This document shows positions 1-9,828 of a stretch of DNA of 61,742 bases, one piece after another. Origin of the DNA: Actinomycetota bacterium (GTDB lineage Bacteria; Actinomycetota; Actinomycetes; Jiangellales; Jiangellaceae); NCBI GenBank assembly GCA_046727475.1, contig JBKPCP010000047.1, forward strand, positions 1-61,742. The letters run 5' to 3'. Below the pieces are notes generated by a model. The model worked only from the letters and a program-made list of their open reading frames with translations, made no database searches and was not told where the DNA came from. The stretch's first letter is position 1, and every line of letters begins with the position of its first letter. The position numbers and the translations under genes are program-made.

Positions 1-46
1 CGGGTAGGTGGTCCACGGAAGCGGCGAGAGCAGATCCGGGTGGCCG

Positions 47-559
47 CTACGGGCCGTTCCAACGCGTCGCATCGTCGCTTTCCTCCCTCTCTTCCGCATG
101 GTTGGGTGCTCGAGACATTCCCGAAAGCGCCGCCTCGACCCGAGCTCGCGGGATCCGCTCGCCGGCGACGATCCTCCCTCCCGCGTGCTGCGCTGCCGCA
201 GAGACCGGTTGAGCCCAGCGATCCTCGGCAACGAGGAGCAGAGCGGCCGTGCCAGGCTCGAGGACAACGGATGCCTGGTCGATGTCCCGATCACTGAGCA
301 AGCCACCCACCTCCCCCTCCACGGCGGCCAACGCCGCCAGACTCGGCACAGCCTCCAGCTCTAGTACGTTGACAGTCGCGTCGTCGGCCCGCGCGATCGC
401 AACGACGTCGAGCACCCGGATCGTCGCCGCCCGGACCAGGTCAGCAAGCTCCGACGCGATGTCCGCGACTGAGTCGAGGTCCGGCACGACAATGACGAGA
501 CACTCGACGAGGTCGGTGTCCACGGCCGCTCGCCGTCCACTCTCTGCCGCATCCGTCAT
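47..559 (-). CDS. DUF6325-like protein
   Basis: 170-aa ORF. The pattern LVECLVIVVPD..IRVLDVVAIARADD..GGLLSDRDID..EPGTAALLLVAEDRWA parallels the paralog at 822..1262. Divergent orientation. Confidence 0.6.
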   Translation of the reverse strand: MTDAAESGRRAAVDTDLVECLVIVVPDLDSVADIASELADLVRAATIRVLDVVAIARADDATVNVLELEAVPSLAALAAVEGEVGGLLSDRDIDQASVVLEPGTAALLLVAEDRWAQPVSAAAQHAGGRIVAGERIPRARVEAALSGMSRAPNHAEEREESDDATRWNGP

Positions 560-762
560 TCGCTCGACCTGGTATTCCCTGCTGCAGCCGTCCTAGATTC
601 AGATCGTGGCGCCGACACGGGTTGGCGTGGACCACCCCACAGGGGGTAGTCAAGGATCCGAGTCGGCAGCCTCCGCAGCCGTGCCGCTCGCACAGGCTCC
701 CTTTCACGCGATGCGTTCCACCCGCCTCCGGGTGGTGCCGGGCCACCCCGTGCGCGAACATG

Positions 763-814
763 ATGCATTGGTACGTGCTGAAGAAGGGATGCATTGGTAC
801 GTGCTGAAGAAGGG
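763..814. repeat. Perfect 26-bp tandem duplication (2 x ATGCATTGGTACGTGCTGAAGAAGGG)
   Basis: Read directly: 763..788 is identical to 789..814. It ends 7 nt before the ATG at 822 and carries the GAAGGG Shine-Dalgarno. Confidence 0.95.
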
Positions 815-821
815 CATCGTC

Positions 822-1262
822 ATGAACATTGCCGAGGCTGGACCCGTCGACGTCATCCTGCTGAAGTTTCCGGGCAACCAGTTCAGAGGTGAGATCGGCC
901 CCGCGTTGCGGGATCTTGTCGTGCGCGGGCTTGTGCGCGTCCTCGATCTTCTCTTCGTCTACAAGGACGCGGATGGCACCGTCGGCTCCATCGAGCTGGG
1001 TGGTCTCGGTGCTGCACTCGAGCCCTCGTTCGTCGATCTCGACGGGCAGCTCGGAGGCGGGTTGTTCGACGCCGAAGATGTGGACGAGGTGGCGGCTGGG
1101 CTGGAGTCGGGAAGCTCCGTAGCCGTGGTCGCCATTGAGAACCTCTGGGCCATTCCGTTCATCTACGCGGTTCGCAACGCAGGCGGCGAGCTCGTTGACC
1201 AGGCGCGTGTCCGGTCGGAGGTCGTGGCAGCAGTCCGCCGTGACATCGCGCAGGGCTCCTGA
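822..1262 (+). CDS. DUF6325 family protein
   Basis: GPVDVILLKFPGNQFRGEIGPALRDLVVRGLVRVLDLLFV..SSVAVVAIENLWA is typical of this family. Start moved from 606 to the ATG at 822 (SD GAAGGG 7 nt upstream). The in-frame ATG at 789 is an alternative start. Confidence 0.65.
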   Translation: MNIAEAGPVDVILLKFPGNQFRGEIGPALRDLVVRGLVRVLDLLFVYKDADGTVGSIELGGLGAALEPSFVDLDGQLGGGLFDAEDVDEVAAGLESGSSVAVVAIENLWAIPFIYAVRNAGGELVDQARVRSEVVAAVRRDIAQGS

Positions 1263-1268
1263 GGAGGG

Positions 1269-1559
1269 ATGACGATGGGTCTCCTTCGTGGCATGGCCCG
1301 CACCGCGGTGGTCGCCGGGACCGCCACAGCAGTGTCGAACCGGGTGTCACGTCGCCAGGCGGAGCGTTGGCAGGCGCAGGAGTATGAGGCGCAGGGCCCA
1401 CCCCCGCCTCCTGCATCGGTCGGACAGGCGCCAACGGGTGCCCCCGGCGCCGGCGATGCGCTGACCACAGAGATTGAACGGCTCTCGGACCTGCGCCAGC
1501 GAGGCGTGCTCAGCGACGAGGAGTTCGCGGCGGCGAAGGCGAAGCTGCTCGGCCTCTGA
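1269..1559 (+). CDS. SHOCT domain protein
   Basis: C-terminal IERLSDLRQRGVLSDEEFAAAKAKLLGL is the SHOCT motif. Pro/Gly linker. Directly follows the DUF6325 gene. Confidence 0.75.
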   Translation: MTMGLLRGMARTAVVAGTATAVSNRVSRRQAERWQAQEYEAQGPPPPPASVGQAPTGAPGAGDALTTEIERLSDLRQRGVLSDEEFAAAKAKLLGL

Positions 1560-1573
1560 GGTGTCGATCCCCC

Positions 1574-3172
1574 ATGACCGAGGGCGCTAGTACCGGCGTT
1601 CCAGGGGAGGCGACGCTGAATCGGCGGCTCGCCATCCTGCTGGCGATGGCGATGTTTGTGCTGGTCGTCGACACCTCCCTCATGAACGTCTCGATCTCGG
1701 CGGTGGTACGGGACATCGGCACGACCGTCAGCGGCGTTCAGTCCGCAATCGCGCTGGAGGCGCTGGTCTCGGCCGCTTTCATCCTGATCGGCAGCAAGGT
1801 GGGCGACCTTTTCGGGCGCAAGCGGGCGTACGTGCTGGGCCTGCTCGGCTACGCCATAGGCGCCGTGGCCATGACGCTCGCCCAGGGCCTGACCACCATC
1901 ATCTTCTTCTGGGCAATAGTCGGTGGTCTTGGCGCGTCGCTCCTGCTGCCGTCGATGCAGTCGCTCATTCACGGCAACTTCGAAGGAGCAGCTCAGAAGA
2001 AGGTCTACGCCTTGGTCGGTGCGGCAGCGGCGATCGCCGCCGCGGTGGGGCCGCTGCTCGGCGGCTTCATCACCACCTACCTGTCGTGGCGCATCGCGTT
2101 CCTGCTCGAGGCCGTCGTCATCGCGATCGTCCTGTCGGGCATCGGGCTCGTCCGTGATGCGCCCTACACAGGACCTCGGGGTGTCGACGTCGTCGGTGCG
2201 GTCGTCTCGGTGCTCGGCATGGGTGGCATCGTGCTCAGCATCCTGGTGTGGCAGGAGGGCGGCGAATCCGTCGCCGCCATCCTTGTAGTCGGTGCACTGG
2301 CGCTGATTGGTCTTGTCGTCTGGCTCAGGCGCCGCAAGCGCCAAGGGCGTCCGACCCTGATCGACCCACACCTGTTCAGGTCCAAGATCTTCCGGCTGGG
2401 AATCACCCAGCAGATGCTGCAGCAGATCGTGCTGGGCGGCTTGATGATCGCGCTTCCGATCTACTTGCAGATGGTGCTCGAGTACGACGCGATGCGGGCG
2501 GGTCTGTCACTTGCCCCACTCTCGTTGAGCATGTTCGCCATTGCCATGCTGGTGGGAAAGCGGGCGGGACGACGACGTGCCAGCAGCATCGTCCGGGTCG
2601 GGTTCCTGCTTGTGACGATAGGCACCGGCGTGCTGATCCCGATCGTGCCGCGAGCCGACTCCGGATGGTCCCTCGCGGTCCCGTTGGTAGTTGCGGGCTC
2701 GGGGCTCGGCTTGCTGGTGTCACAGCTCAACAACTACACGCTGGGCCCGATCTCCGAGGAAGGAGTCAGCGAGGCCGCTGGAGTCAATTCTGCAGCCGGG
2801 TCGTTCGGCCTGTCGTTCGGGCTGGCATTCGCCGGCGCCATCATGCTCGCGACGCTCTCCCTCACCTTCACCAACATGGCGGACGCGAGCAGCGTGCTCC
2901 CCGCCGGCGACAAACAGCGTGTAGCACAGGCGCTGGAGGACGACGCAGAGGTCATGAGCAACACGCAACTCGAGTCGCTGCTCGTCGACCAGCCGGAGGA
3001 GATTCAGGACGAGATCGCTCGGATCAACACCGATGCACGGCCGATCGCACTCCAGGTGGCGCTGCTCGTCCCCCTCCTCGCCGGCCTTGCCGGTCTGTCC
3101 AACTCGTTCCGCATGGTGCGGCTACCAGAACCCAAGCCGTCAGGCGCTGCCGGGGGCCTTGCGTTGGGCTGA
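1574..3172 (+). CDS. MFS transporter, DHA2/EmrB-like (14-TMS type)
   Basis: 532 aa with many hydrophobic segments. N-terminal LAILLAMAMFVLVVDTSLMNVSI and GSKVGDLFGRKR motif. Confidence 0.85.
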   Translation: MTEGASTGVPGEATLNRRLAILLAMAMFVLVVDTSLMNVSISAVVRDIGTTVSGVQSAIALEALVSAAFILIGSKVGDLFGRKRAYVLGLLGYAIGAVAMTLAQGLTTIIFFWAIVGGLGASLLLPSMQSLIHGNFEGAAQKKVYALVGAAAAIAAAVGPLLGGFITTYLSWRIAFLLEAVVIAIVLSGIGLVRDAPYTGPRGVDVVGAVVSVLGMGGIVLSILVWQEGGESVAAILVVGALALIGLVVWLRRRKRQGRPTLIDPHLFRSKIFRLGITQQMLQQIVLGGLMIALPIYLQMVLEYDAMRAGLSLAPLSLSMFAIAMLVGKRAGRRRASSIVRVGFLLVTIGTGVLIPIVPRADSGWSLAVPLVVAGSGLGLLVSQLNNYTLGPISEEGVSEAAGVNSAAGSFGLSFGLAFAGAIMLATLSLTFTNMADASSVLPAGDKQRVAQALEDDAEVMSNTQLESLLVDQPEEIQDEIARINTDARPIALQVALLVPLLAGLAGLSNSFRMVRLPEPKPSGAAGGLALG

Positions 3173-3298
3173 CAGGAGACACCGCAACCACCCTGCCGTG
3201 GGTGGGGTCCGCCTACCCAGTGCCGATTTAGCGTCGCGGACAGGCTGACCCCTGCGCACCTGGCTTGTGCCTGGGCGCGGAGACGGGGAGTGGACACG

Positions 3299-4300
3299 AT
3301 GCTCAACTTACGAAACCGCAGCTTCCTCAAGGAGATCGACTTCACGCCCGGCGAGCTGCGCCACCTGCTGCAGCTTGCCCAGGCGCTGAAGATCGCAAAG
3401 TATGCCGGCACCGAAAACCGGCGGCTGGAAGGCAAGGAGATCGCGCTGATCTTCGAGAAGACCTCTACCCGCACTCGGTCCGCCTTCGAGGTCGCCGCCT
3501 TCGACCAAGGCGCTCACGTGACCTACCTCGATCCGTCGGGGTCACAACTGGGCCACAAGGAGTCTGTTGCGGATACGGCACGGGTGTTGGGGCGGATGTA
3601 TGACGCCATCGAGTTTCGTGGCAACCTTCAGTCGGATGTCGAGGCGCTGGCAGAACACGCCGGTGTTCCCGTGTACAACGGGCTCACCAATGAGTGGCAC
3701 CCGACACAGATGCTGGCTGACTTCCTCACCATGCACGAGGCCAGCGGAAGGCCGTACGACGCCCTGACCTATGCCTTCGTCGGAGACTGTCGCTTCAACA
3801 TGGGAAGGTCGCTCTTGGTCATGGGCGCCCTGATGGGCGCAGACGTGCGGCTGGCCGGGCCGGAGGCGCTGCGGCCCCCCGAGGACGTCGTGACCATTGC
3901 CGAGGGAATCGCCGCCCGGACGGGCTCCCGAATCACGATCACTGACGACGTCAGCCAAGCCGTGGCAGGTGCGGACTTCATCCACACCGACGTGTGGGTG
4001 TCCATGGGTGAGTCCAAGGACGTCTGGCACGAGCGCATCCGACTCCTCGCGCCGTACCAGGTCAATAGGGAACTCCTCGAAAAGACCGGCAACCCGAAGG
4101 TGAAGTTCATGCACTGCCTGCCCGCCTTCCACGACCAAGACACAGTCGTCGGCAGGGAGATCATGGAGCACACCGGCATGCGTGAAGGCCTCGAAGTGAC
4201 AGGAAACGTCTTCGACTCGCCCGCCAGCATCGTCTTCGATCAGGCGGAGAACAGGCTGCACACGATCAAGGCGCTGCTTGTCGCCACGCTCGGAAGTTAG
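3299..4300 (+). CDS. arcB: Ornithine carbamoyltransferase (catabolic context)
   Basis: [17 protein letters not shown].., STRTR, HPTQ and HCLP motifs. Start moved to ATG 3299. Sits directly next to arcC and arcA. Confidence 0.9.
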   Translation: MLNLRNRSFLKEIDFTPGELRHLLQLAQALKIAKYAGTENRRLEGKEIALIFEKTSTRTRSAFEVAAFDQGAHVTYLDPSGSQLGHKESVADTARVLGRMYDAIEFRGNLQSDVEALAEHAGVPVYNGLTNEWHPTQMLADFLTMHEASGRPYDALTYAFVGDCRFNMGRSLLVMGALMGADVRLAGPEALRPPEDVVTIAEGIAARTGSRITITDDVSQAVAGADFIHTDVWVSMGESKDVWHERIRLLAPYQVNRELLEKTGNPKVKFMHCLPAFHDQDTVVGREIMEHTGMREGLEVTGNVFDSPASIVFDQAENRLHTIKALLVATLGS

Positions 4301-4310
4301 GTGGCTGGCC

Positions 4311-5237
4311 GTGCGCATCCTCGTGGCCCTTGGTGGCAACGCCTTGCTCAAACGTGGCGAGCCCATGACGGCCGACATGCAGCGCGCCAATGTTCGGACC
4401 GCCGCACGGTCCCTGGCGCCCGTTGCCGAGCGCCATCAGGTGGTTCTATCCCACGGCAACGGCCCGCAGGTCGGTCTGCTCGCCCTCCAAGCGGCGGCCT
4501 ACCAGGACGTCGAGGCCTACCCCTTGGACGTCCTGGGAGCGCAGACCGAAGGGATGATCGGCTACCTGATCGAGCAAGAGCTCGGCAATCTGCTCCCGGC
4601 TGAGGTTCCACTCGCCACGATCCTCACGATGATCGAAGTCGATGCGGCCGATACGGCCTTTGCCGACCCGACCAAGTTCGTCGGCCCGCTCTACGACGAC
4701 ACGGACGCGAACACGTTGGCAGCCGAGAAGGGCTGGGTGTTCAAGCGTGACGGCGAACGTCTGCGCCGGGTCGTCCCGTCGCCACAGCCCAAGAGGATCT
4801 TCGAGATCCGTCCCATCCGATGGCTGCTCGAGCGGGGCGTCCTGGTCATCTGCGCCGGTGGGGGCGGCATCCCTACGACATGGGTGGCGGGCCAGGAACG
4901 GATTCTGGGGGGCGTGGAGGCGGTCATCGACAAGGACCTGGCCAGCGAGCTGCTCGCCCGGGAGGTCGAGGCCGACCTGTTTGTGATGGCCACAGACGTG
5001 GATGGCGTCTATGAGGACTGGGGAACGTCACGTCAGCGTCGCCTGGAGCGCGTGACGGTGGACGAGCTGCGCGGCAAGCAATTCGCGTCGGGGTCGATGG
5101 GACCGAAGGTTGAAGCCGCGACGCGGTTCGTCGAAGCAACCGGACGGTATGCCGCCATTGGCGCCTTGGACGAAATCGAGCAGATCGTGAAGGGCGGCGC
5201 CGGCACCACGGTAACGCCCACGGAGACTGGGAAGTGA
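4311..5237 (+). CDS. arcC: Carbamate kinase
   Basis: [17 protein letters not shown].. and ICAGGGGIP motifs. The GTG at 4311 gives the canonical N-terminus. Confidence 0.9.
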   Translation: MRILVALGGNALLKRGEPMTADMQRANVRTAARSLAPVAERHQVVLSHGNGPQVGLLALQAAAYQDVEAYPLDVLGAQTEGMIGYLIEQELGNLLPAEVPLATILTMIEVDAADTAFADPTKFVGPLYDDTDANTLAAEKGWVFKRDGERLRRVVPSPQPKRIFEIRPIRWLLERGVLVICAGGGGIPTTWVAGQERILGGVEAVIDKDLASELLAREVEADLFVMATDVDGVYEDWGTSRQRRLERVTVDELRGKQFASGSMGPKVEAATRFVEATGRYAAIGALDEIEQIVKGGAGTTVTPTETGK

Positions 5238-5242
5238 GATCG

Positions 5243-6505
5243 ATGACCGAGTTCGGTGTGCACTCGGAGGTGGGCAGGCTTCGCAAGGTCATGGTCCACC
5301 GACCGGATCTGAGCCTGCAGCGGTTGACACCCGCGAACCACGACGATCTGCTCTTTGACGACGTGCTCTGGGTGGAACGCGCACAGCGCGAACACGACCA
5401 GTTCGTCGCGCGCATGCGGGAGCGGGGCGTCGAGGTGTTCTACCTGTCGGAGCTGCTGGCCGAGGCGCTGGCGGAGAGCGACGATGGCAGGCAGCGACTC
5501 ATCGAGCTCGTCGCGTCCGAGTACACGGTCGGGTGGTCACTGGTCGACGAGGTGCGGACTCTGCTCGCGGACCTCAAGCCCGACCAGCTGGCCGAGCACC
5601 TCATTGGGGGGCTCACCGTGGCAGAGGCCGGCCTGGATCCGGCAGCGGTGGCCGAGACGTCATTGATCGGCGCCGCAATCGCGGAGACCAGCGCCTTTGT
5701 GCTACCACCGCTGCCCAACACGCTGTTCACGCGTGACTCGTCGTGCTGGATCTACGGAGGCGTCTCGATCAATCCCATGTACTGGCCGGCCAGGCGGCGC
5801 GAGGGGTACAACGTCGCCGCGATCTACCGGGCGCACCCGATGTTCGCCGGGGCGGGCTTCGAGTTCTGGTACCCACCGGAAGGGCCGGACGGCCGGTTCG
5901 AGATCGCCGACTTCGGCCGGGCGTCCCTGGAGGGCGGTGATGTCATGCCCATCGGCAATGGCACTGTCCTCATCGGCATGAGCGAACGATCGCAAGGACG
6001 CATGATCGAGCAGATTGCCAAGGCGCTCTTTGCCAAGGGTGCGGCAGGGCAAGTCATCGCCGCGGTGATGTCGAAGGACCGCGCGCACATGCACCTGGAC
6101 ACGGTCTTCACGCTGCTCGATAGGGACAAGGCGACGGCGTATCCGAAGGTCGTCGACAGCATCCGGGCCATCAGCCTGCGCCCCGGATCGGGTCGCAACG
6201 ACTTCCACGTCACGGTTGAGCGGGACTTCATCGAGGCGGTCGCCAACGCCTTGGGAGTCGACAAGCTGCACGTTGTCGAAACCGGCGGGGACGCCTACCA
6301 GCAGGAGCGGGAGCAGTGGGACGACGGCAACAACGTCGTAGCGCTGGAGCCCGGCGTGGTCGTGGCCTACGAGCGCAACACGTACACGATTGCCAAGATG
6401 CGACAGGCGGGCGTCGAAGTCGTCGAGATCGAGGGATTCGAGCTCGGGAAGGGCCGCGGGGGCGGGCACTGCATGACCTGCCCGCTGCTGCGAGACCCGC
6501 TGTAG
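5243..6505 (+). CDS. arcA: Arginine deiminase
   Basis: [24 protein letters not shown] and C-terminal [12 protein letters not shown] (catalytic Cys) motifs. The GTG at 5234, which overlaps the arcC stop, is an alternative start. Confidence 0.9.
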   Translation: MTEFGVHSEVGRLRKVMVHRPDLSLQRLTPANHDDLLFDDVLWVERAQREHDQFVARMRERGVEVFYLSELLAEALAESDDGRQRLIELVASEYTVGWSLVDEVRTLLADLKPDQLAEHLIGGLTVAEAGLDPAAVAETSLIGAAIAETSAFVLPPLPNTLFTRDSSCWIYGGVSINPMYWPARRREGYNVAAIYRAHPMFAGAGFEFWYPPEGPDGRFEIADFGRASLEGGDVMPIGNGTVLIGMSERSQGRMIEQIAKALFAKGAAGQVIAAVMSKDRAHMHLDTVFTLLDRDKATAYPKVVDSIRAISLRPGSGRNDFHVTVERDFIEAVANALGVDKLHVVETGGDAYQQEREQWDDGNNVVALEPGVVVAYERNTYTIAKMRQAGVEVVEIEGFELGKGRGGGHCMTCPLLRDPL

Positions 6506-6517
6506 GAGGAGGTAGCG

Positions 6518-6694
6518 GTGTCGACTGCGGTAGTGCGCTGGGCGGTCGCCGCGATCGTAGTGCTCGCCATCGTGGCGCTTCTGGCCTACGCCCGCAATGA
6601 CCCAGGCGTTGGTGGGCGAGTGCCGGATGCGCCTGGCGCCGGCGCAGCTGTGGCATCCATCGACGCGCTTGTTGACGCTGGGCGCCGATCGTGA
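6518..6694 (+). CDS. Small single-pass membrane protein (58 aa, below the ORF-track cutoff)
   Basis: GTG preceded by AGGAGGAGG with a 5-nt spacer. Encodes VSTAVVRWAVAAIVVLAIVALLAYARND.. Its TGA overlaps the GTG of the next gene (GTGA at 6691..6694). Confidence 0.45.
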   Translation: MSTAVVRWAVAAIVVLAIVALLAYARNDPGVGGRVPDAPGAGAAVASIDALVDAGRRS

Positions 6695-8250
6695 CGCTCG
6701 AGGCGGAGGAGAAGCCACAGGCCGCGCCGCGGCCGCCCAGTTTCCCGGATGCGCTTGCGCCGGTGGTCGTGCTCGTCGTGTTGCTGGCGCTCACCATCGC
6801 ACTGTTCGGCATCGATGCCACGGACGGACCGCTGCAGGTCGCCCTGTTCACCAGTGCCACCTTCGCCGGGCTCGTGGCACTGAAGAACGGGCATACCGCA
6901 GCCACCTTGCGTGACGCTGCCATCGGTGGTGTCTCGTCGGCGATGGGTGCGGTGTTCATCCTTCTCGCGGTCGGCGCGCTCATCGGGACGTGGAACATGG
7001 CAGGCACGATCCCGACCGTCGTTTCGTATGGCATTGCGCTGCTCAAGCCGGCCATTTTCTACGCAACGGTCGCATTGATCTGCGCGGTCGTGGGTGCGGT
7101 CACGGGCAGCTCCTGGACGACGGCTGGCACGCTGGGCGTCGCCTTCGTGGGCATGGCGCCAATCCTTGGCATGTCGATCACGATCACGGCTGGGGCGGTC
7201 ATATCCGGTGCCTACATGGGCGACAAGATGTCGCCCCTCTCCGAGACGACGGTGCTCGTGCCAAGCCTGGTCGGTGGCGTGACGGTCAACCAACACATCC
7301 GCGGAATGGCATGGACAGTCGTACCGTCCTTTGCGATCGCGTTCCTCGGGTTTCTCGTCATCGGTGTCTTCGACGAGCCGGCGTCGTCGGCGGTGGGCGC
7401 CGACGAGGCACGTGCCGTGCTCGCTGACGCCTTCACCATCTCGCCCGTCAACCTGTTGCCGCTGGCGCTCCTTGTTGCGCTCACCCTCTTGCGCGTCCCA
7501 CCCTTTCTCGCCATCTTCGGCGTCGCGCTGGCCGCTGGCGTCCTCGCCTGCTTCACCCAGCGCGAGGCGGTCAGTGCCTTCGTCGGCGAGACCGATCAGG
7601 GAGTGGTTCTGGACGGCGTCGAGGCCGTCTACCAGTCCATGGCCAACGGGTTCGTCTCGACAACCGGCAACGCCACGATCGACGACCTCTTCTCGGGTGG
7701 GGGCATGTCAGGCATGCTCACCACCGTCTGGCTCATCCTCGGAGCGCTGAGCTTTGCCGCCATCATGGAGGAGGCGGGATTCCTCAACCGGCTGATCGCT
7801 CCGATCGTCAGCCGCGCCCACTCGGACGCACGTCTCATCGCATCTGTCGCCGCCACGAGCACCGGGCTCAACGTCGTGGCCGGCGATCAGTACGTTGCGG
7901 ACGTCCTGCCGGCCCGGGTCTTCCGGGAGGAGTTCGCCAAGCGAGGGTTGGCGCCGCGGATGCTGTCGCGGACCGTCGAGGACACAGGCACCGTGACCTC
8001 ACCGCTCGTGCCGTGGAACACGTGCGGCGCCTACATGACCGGCGTGCTGGGGGTTTCTACCATGCAGTACCTCCCGTACGCCTTCTTCAACCTGGTCAAC
8101 CCCCTTGTCGCTCTTGCCTACGCATTCACCGGTTTCCGGATCGAGCGCATCGAGCCGGCCGAAATGCCGACCACGGCTGCCGCGAGCGATGCGCTGAGCG
8201 TCCATGACCAGCGTGGGCTGACCCCTGAAGGGAATCGCGATGTCGAGTGA
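6691..8250 (+). CDS. Na+/H+ antiporter NhaC family protein
   Basis: IGTWNMAGTIPTVVSYGI..GAVTGSSWTTAGTLGVAF is the NhaC signature. 519 aa, polytopic. Confidence 0.85.
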   Translation: MTLEAEEKPQAAPRPPSFPDALAPVVVLVVLLALTIALFGIDATDGPLQVALFTSATFAGLVALKNGHTAATLRDAAIGGVSSAMGAVFILLAVGALIGTWNMAGTIPTVVSYGIALLKPAIFYATVALICAVVGAVTGSSWTTAGTLGVAFVGMAPILGMSITITAGAVISGAYMGDKMSPLSETTVLVPSLVGGVTVNQHIRGMAWTVVPSFAIAFLGFLVIGVFDEPASSAVGADEARAVLADAFTISPVNLLPLALLVALTLLRVPPFLAIFGVALAAGVLACFTQREAVSAFVGETDQGVVLDGVEAVYQSMANGFVSTTGNATIDDLFSGGGMSGMLTTVWLILGALSFAAIMEEAGFLNRLIAPIVSRAHSDARLIASVAATSTGLNVVAGDQYVADVLPARVFREEFAKRGLAPRMLSRTVEDTGTVTSPLVPWNTCGAYMTGVLGVSTMQYLPYAFFNLVNPLVALAYAFTGFRIERIEPAEMPTTAAASDALSVHDQRGLTPEGNRDVE

Positions 8251-9778
8251 CTCCACGACCTCGGGCACGGCTTCGGCAGGCGAGACATCGACACTGGAGA
8301 CCGCGCCGCGCCGACGCCGGTTCACGCTGCCGTCGGCGTACACCATCCTGTTCATCCTGATCGTCCTGACAGCGCTCGCGACGTGGATCATCCCGGCCGG
8401 CAGGTACGCCCTCGACCCAGAGGGGTCGCCGATCCCGGGCACCTACGAGGAGGTTGAGTCCAACCCGCAGCGCATCATCGTCGACTCGTTGGAAGCGCCG
8501 ATCAACGGCCTCTACGGGATCGAGGATCCCGCCACCGGGCAGGTCGACGTGTTCAACAGCGGCACCCTGTTCGGCGCCATCGACGTCGCACTGTTCATCC
8601 TCGTCATCGGTGGCTTCATCGCCATCACCATGAAGACCGGTGCCATCCAGGCGGGGATAACGCTGCTGGTACGACGACTGGGCGGTCACGAGAAGTGGAT
8701 GATTCCCATCCTGATGACAGTCTTCGCCATCGGCGGGACGACCTTCGGGATGGCCGAGGAAAGCCTGGCGTTCTACGTGCTCATCATCACGGTGATGATT
8801 GCAGCGAAGTACGACGCACTAGTGGGGGCATTGGTGATTCTGCTCGGCGCAGGCATCGGTGTCCTTGGCTCCACGGTCAACCCTTTCGCCACCGGTATCG
8901 CGTCCGGCTTCGCCGACGTGCCGTTGAGCGAAGGGCTGGGCCTACGGCTTGTGATCCTCGTCGTGGGCCTGGTGATCGGCATCTGGTTCGTCCTCCGCTA
9001 CGCGGAGCGGGTCCGGCGTGACCCATCCACCTCGCTCGTCTACGACATGAAGGATGCCAACGAGCGCCACTTCGCCGCCACGACTGATGCAGAAACCGGT
9101 GAAGTGGTCCTCACTGGCCGCCACAAGTTGGTTCTCGGTCTCTTCGCCGGTGCCTTCGTGGTGATGGTCTATGGCGTGATCCCGTGGGAGGACCTCAACA
9201 TCGACCTGCCCACGTTGTGGTGGTGGTTCCCGGAGATGACCGCGTCCTTCCTGCTGTTCGCCATCCTGATCGGGCTGATCGGCAACATGGGAGAGGGAGA
9301 GCTGACGTCCACGTTCGTGGACGGCGCACGCGACCTGCTCGGCGTTGCTCTCATCATCGGCATCGCCCGGGGGATCACCGTCGTCATGAACAACGGCGAG
9401 ATCACCGACACGGTGCTGCATTGGGCAGAGAACGCTCTGGGCGATGTCGGACAGGCCGCGTTCGCGGTGGTGATGTACCTGCTCTTCCTCCCGCTCTCGT
9501 TCCTGATCCCCTCCTCCTCCGGACTGGCCACCGTTGCCATGCCGATCATGGCGCCATTGGCCGACTTCGCCGGCGCAGATCGCAGCCTCATCGTGACGGC
9601 CTACCAGTGTGCCTCAGGGCTGTTGAACCTGGTCACACCCACGTCTGCCGTGGTCATGGGTGGATTGGCCATCGCCCGCGTTCCGTACGGCAAGTACCTG
9701 AGGTTTGTGTGGCCCTTGCTGGCGATGCTGGCGGGACTCACCATCGTCGTCCTTGCGGCTGGCGCCTACCTGGCATGA
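8240..9778 (+). CDS. YfcC / ArcD-type (TC 2.A.118-like) putative arginine-ornithine antiporter
   Basis: N-terminal FTLPSAYTILFILIVLTALATWIIPAGRY is typical of the YfcC family. 512 aa, polytopic. Lies in the ADI cluster. Confidence 0.8.
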   Translation: MSSDSTTSGTASAGETSTLETAPRRRRFTLPSAYTILFILIVLTALATWIIPAGRYALDPEGSPIPGTYEEVESNPQRIIVDSLEAPINGLYGIEDPATGQVDVFNSGTLFGAIDVALFILVIGGFIAITMKTGAIQAGITLLVRRLGGHEKWMIPILMTVFAIGGTTFGMAEESLAFYVLIITVMIAAKYDALVGALVILLGAGIGVLGSTVNPFATGIASGFADVPLSEGLGLRLVILVVGLVIGIWFVLRYAERVRRDPSTSLVYDMKDANERHFAATTDAETGEVVLTGRHKLVLGLFAGAFVVMVYGVIPWEDLNIDLPTLWWWFPEMTASFLLFAILIGLIGNMGEGELTSTFVDGARDLLGVALIIGIARGITVVMNNGEITDTVLHWAENALGDVGQAAFAVVMYLLFLPLSFLIPSSSGLATVAMPIMAPLADFAGADRSLIVTAYQCASGLLNLVTPTSAVVMGGLAIARVPYGKYLRFVWPLLAMLAGLTIVVLAAGAYLA

Positions 9779-9828
9779 AATGGTCGGCGTCCGAGGCGCA
9801 CCGAACAAACCGGAGAAAGGAGCCCGTA

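Noticed and set aside
1163-2371. 402-aa minus-strand ORF antisense to the MFS transporter. The same applies to 31626..33599, 54364..56073, 59104..60756, 15509..16654, 18618..20063, 24009..25688 and 53433..54776.
   Set aside because: These have Arg/Pro/Gly/Asp-rich low-complexity translations and no recognisable motifs. They lie fully antisense or off-frame to genes with clear family signatures (MFS, GroEL and others). This is the typical long shadow ORF of roughly 70% GC DNA.
3188-3205. Short hairpin CCACCC-N6-GGGTGG after the MFS gene, as a possible terminator.
   Set aside because: The stem is only 6 bp with no U-tract, which is too weak to call.
3206-3298. Searched the region upstream of arcB for an ARG box or other palindromic operator.
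   Set aside because: No AT-rich ARG-box-like palindrome is present, and the only weak GC-rich symmetry is not convincing.
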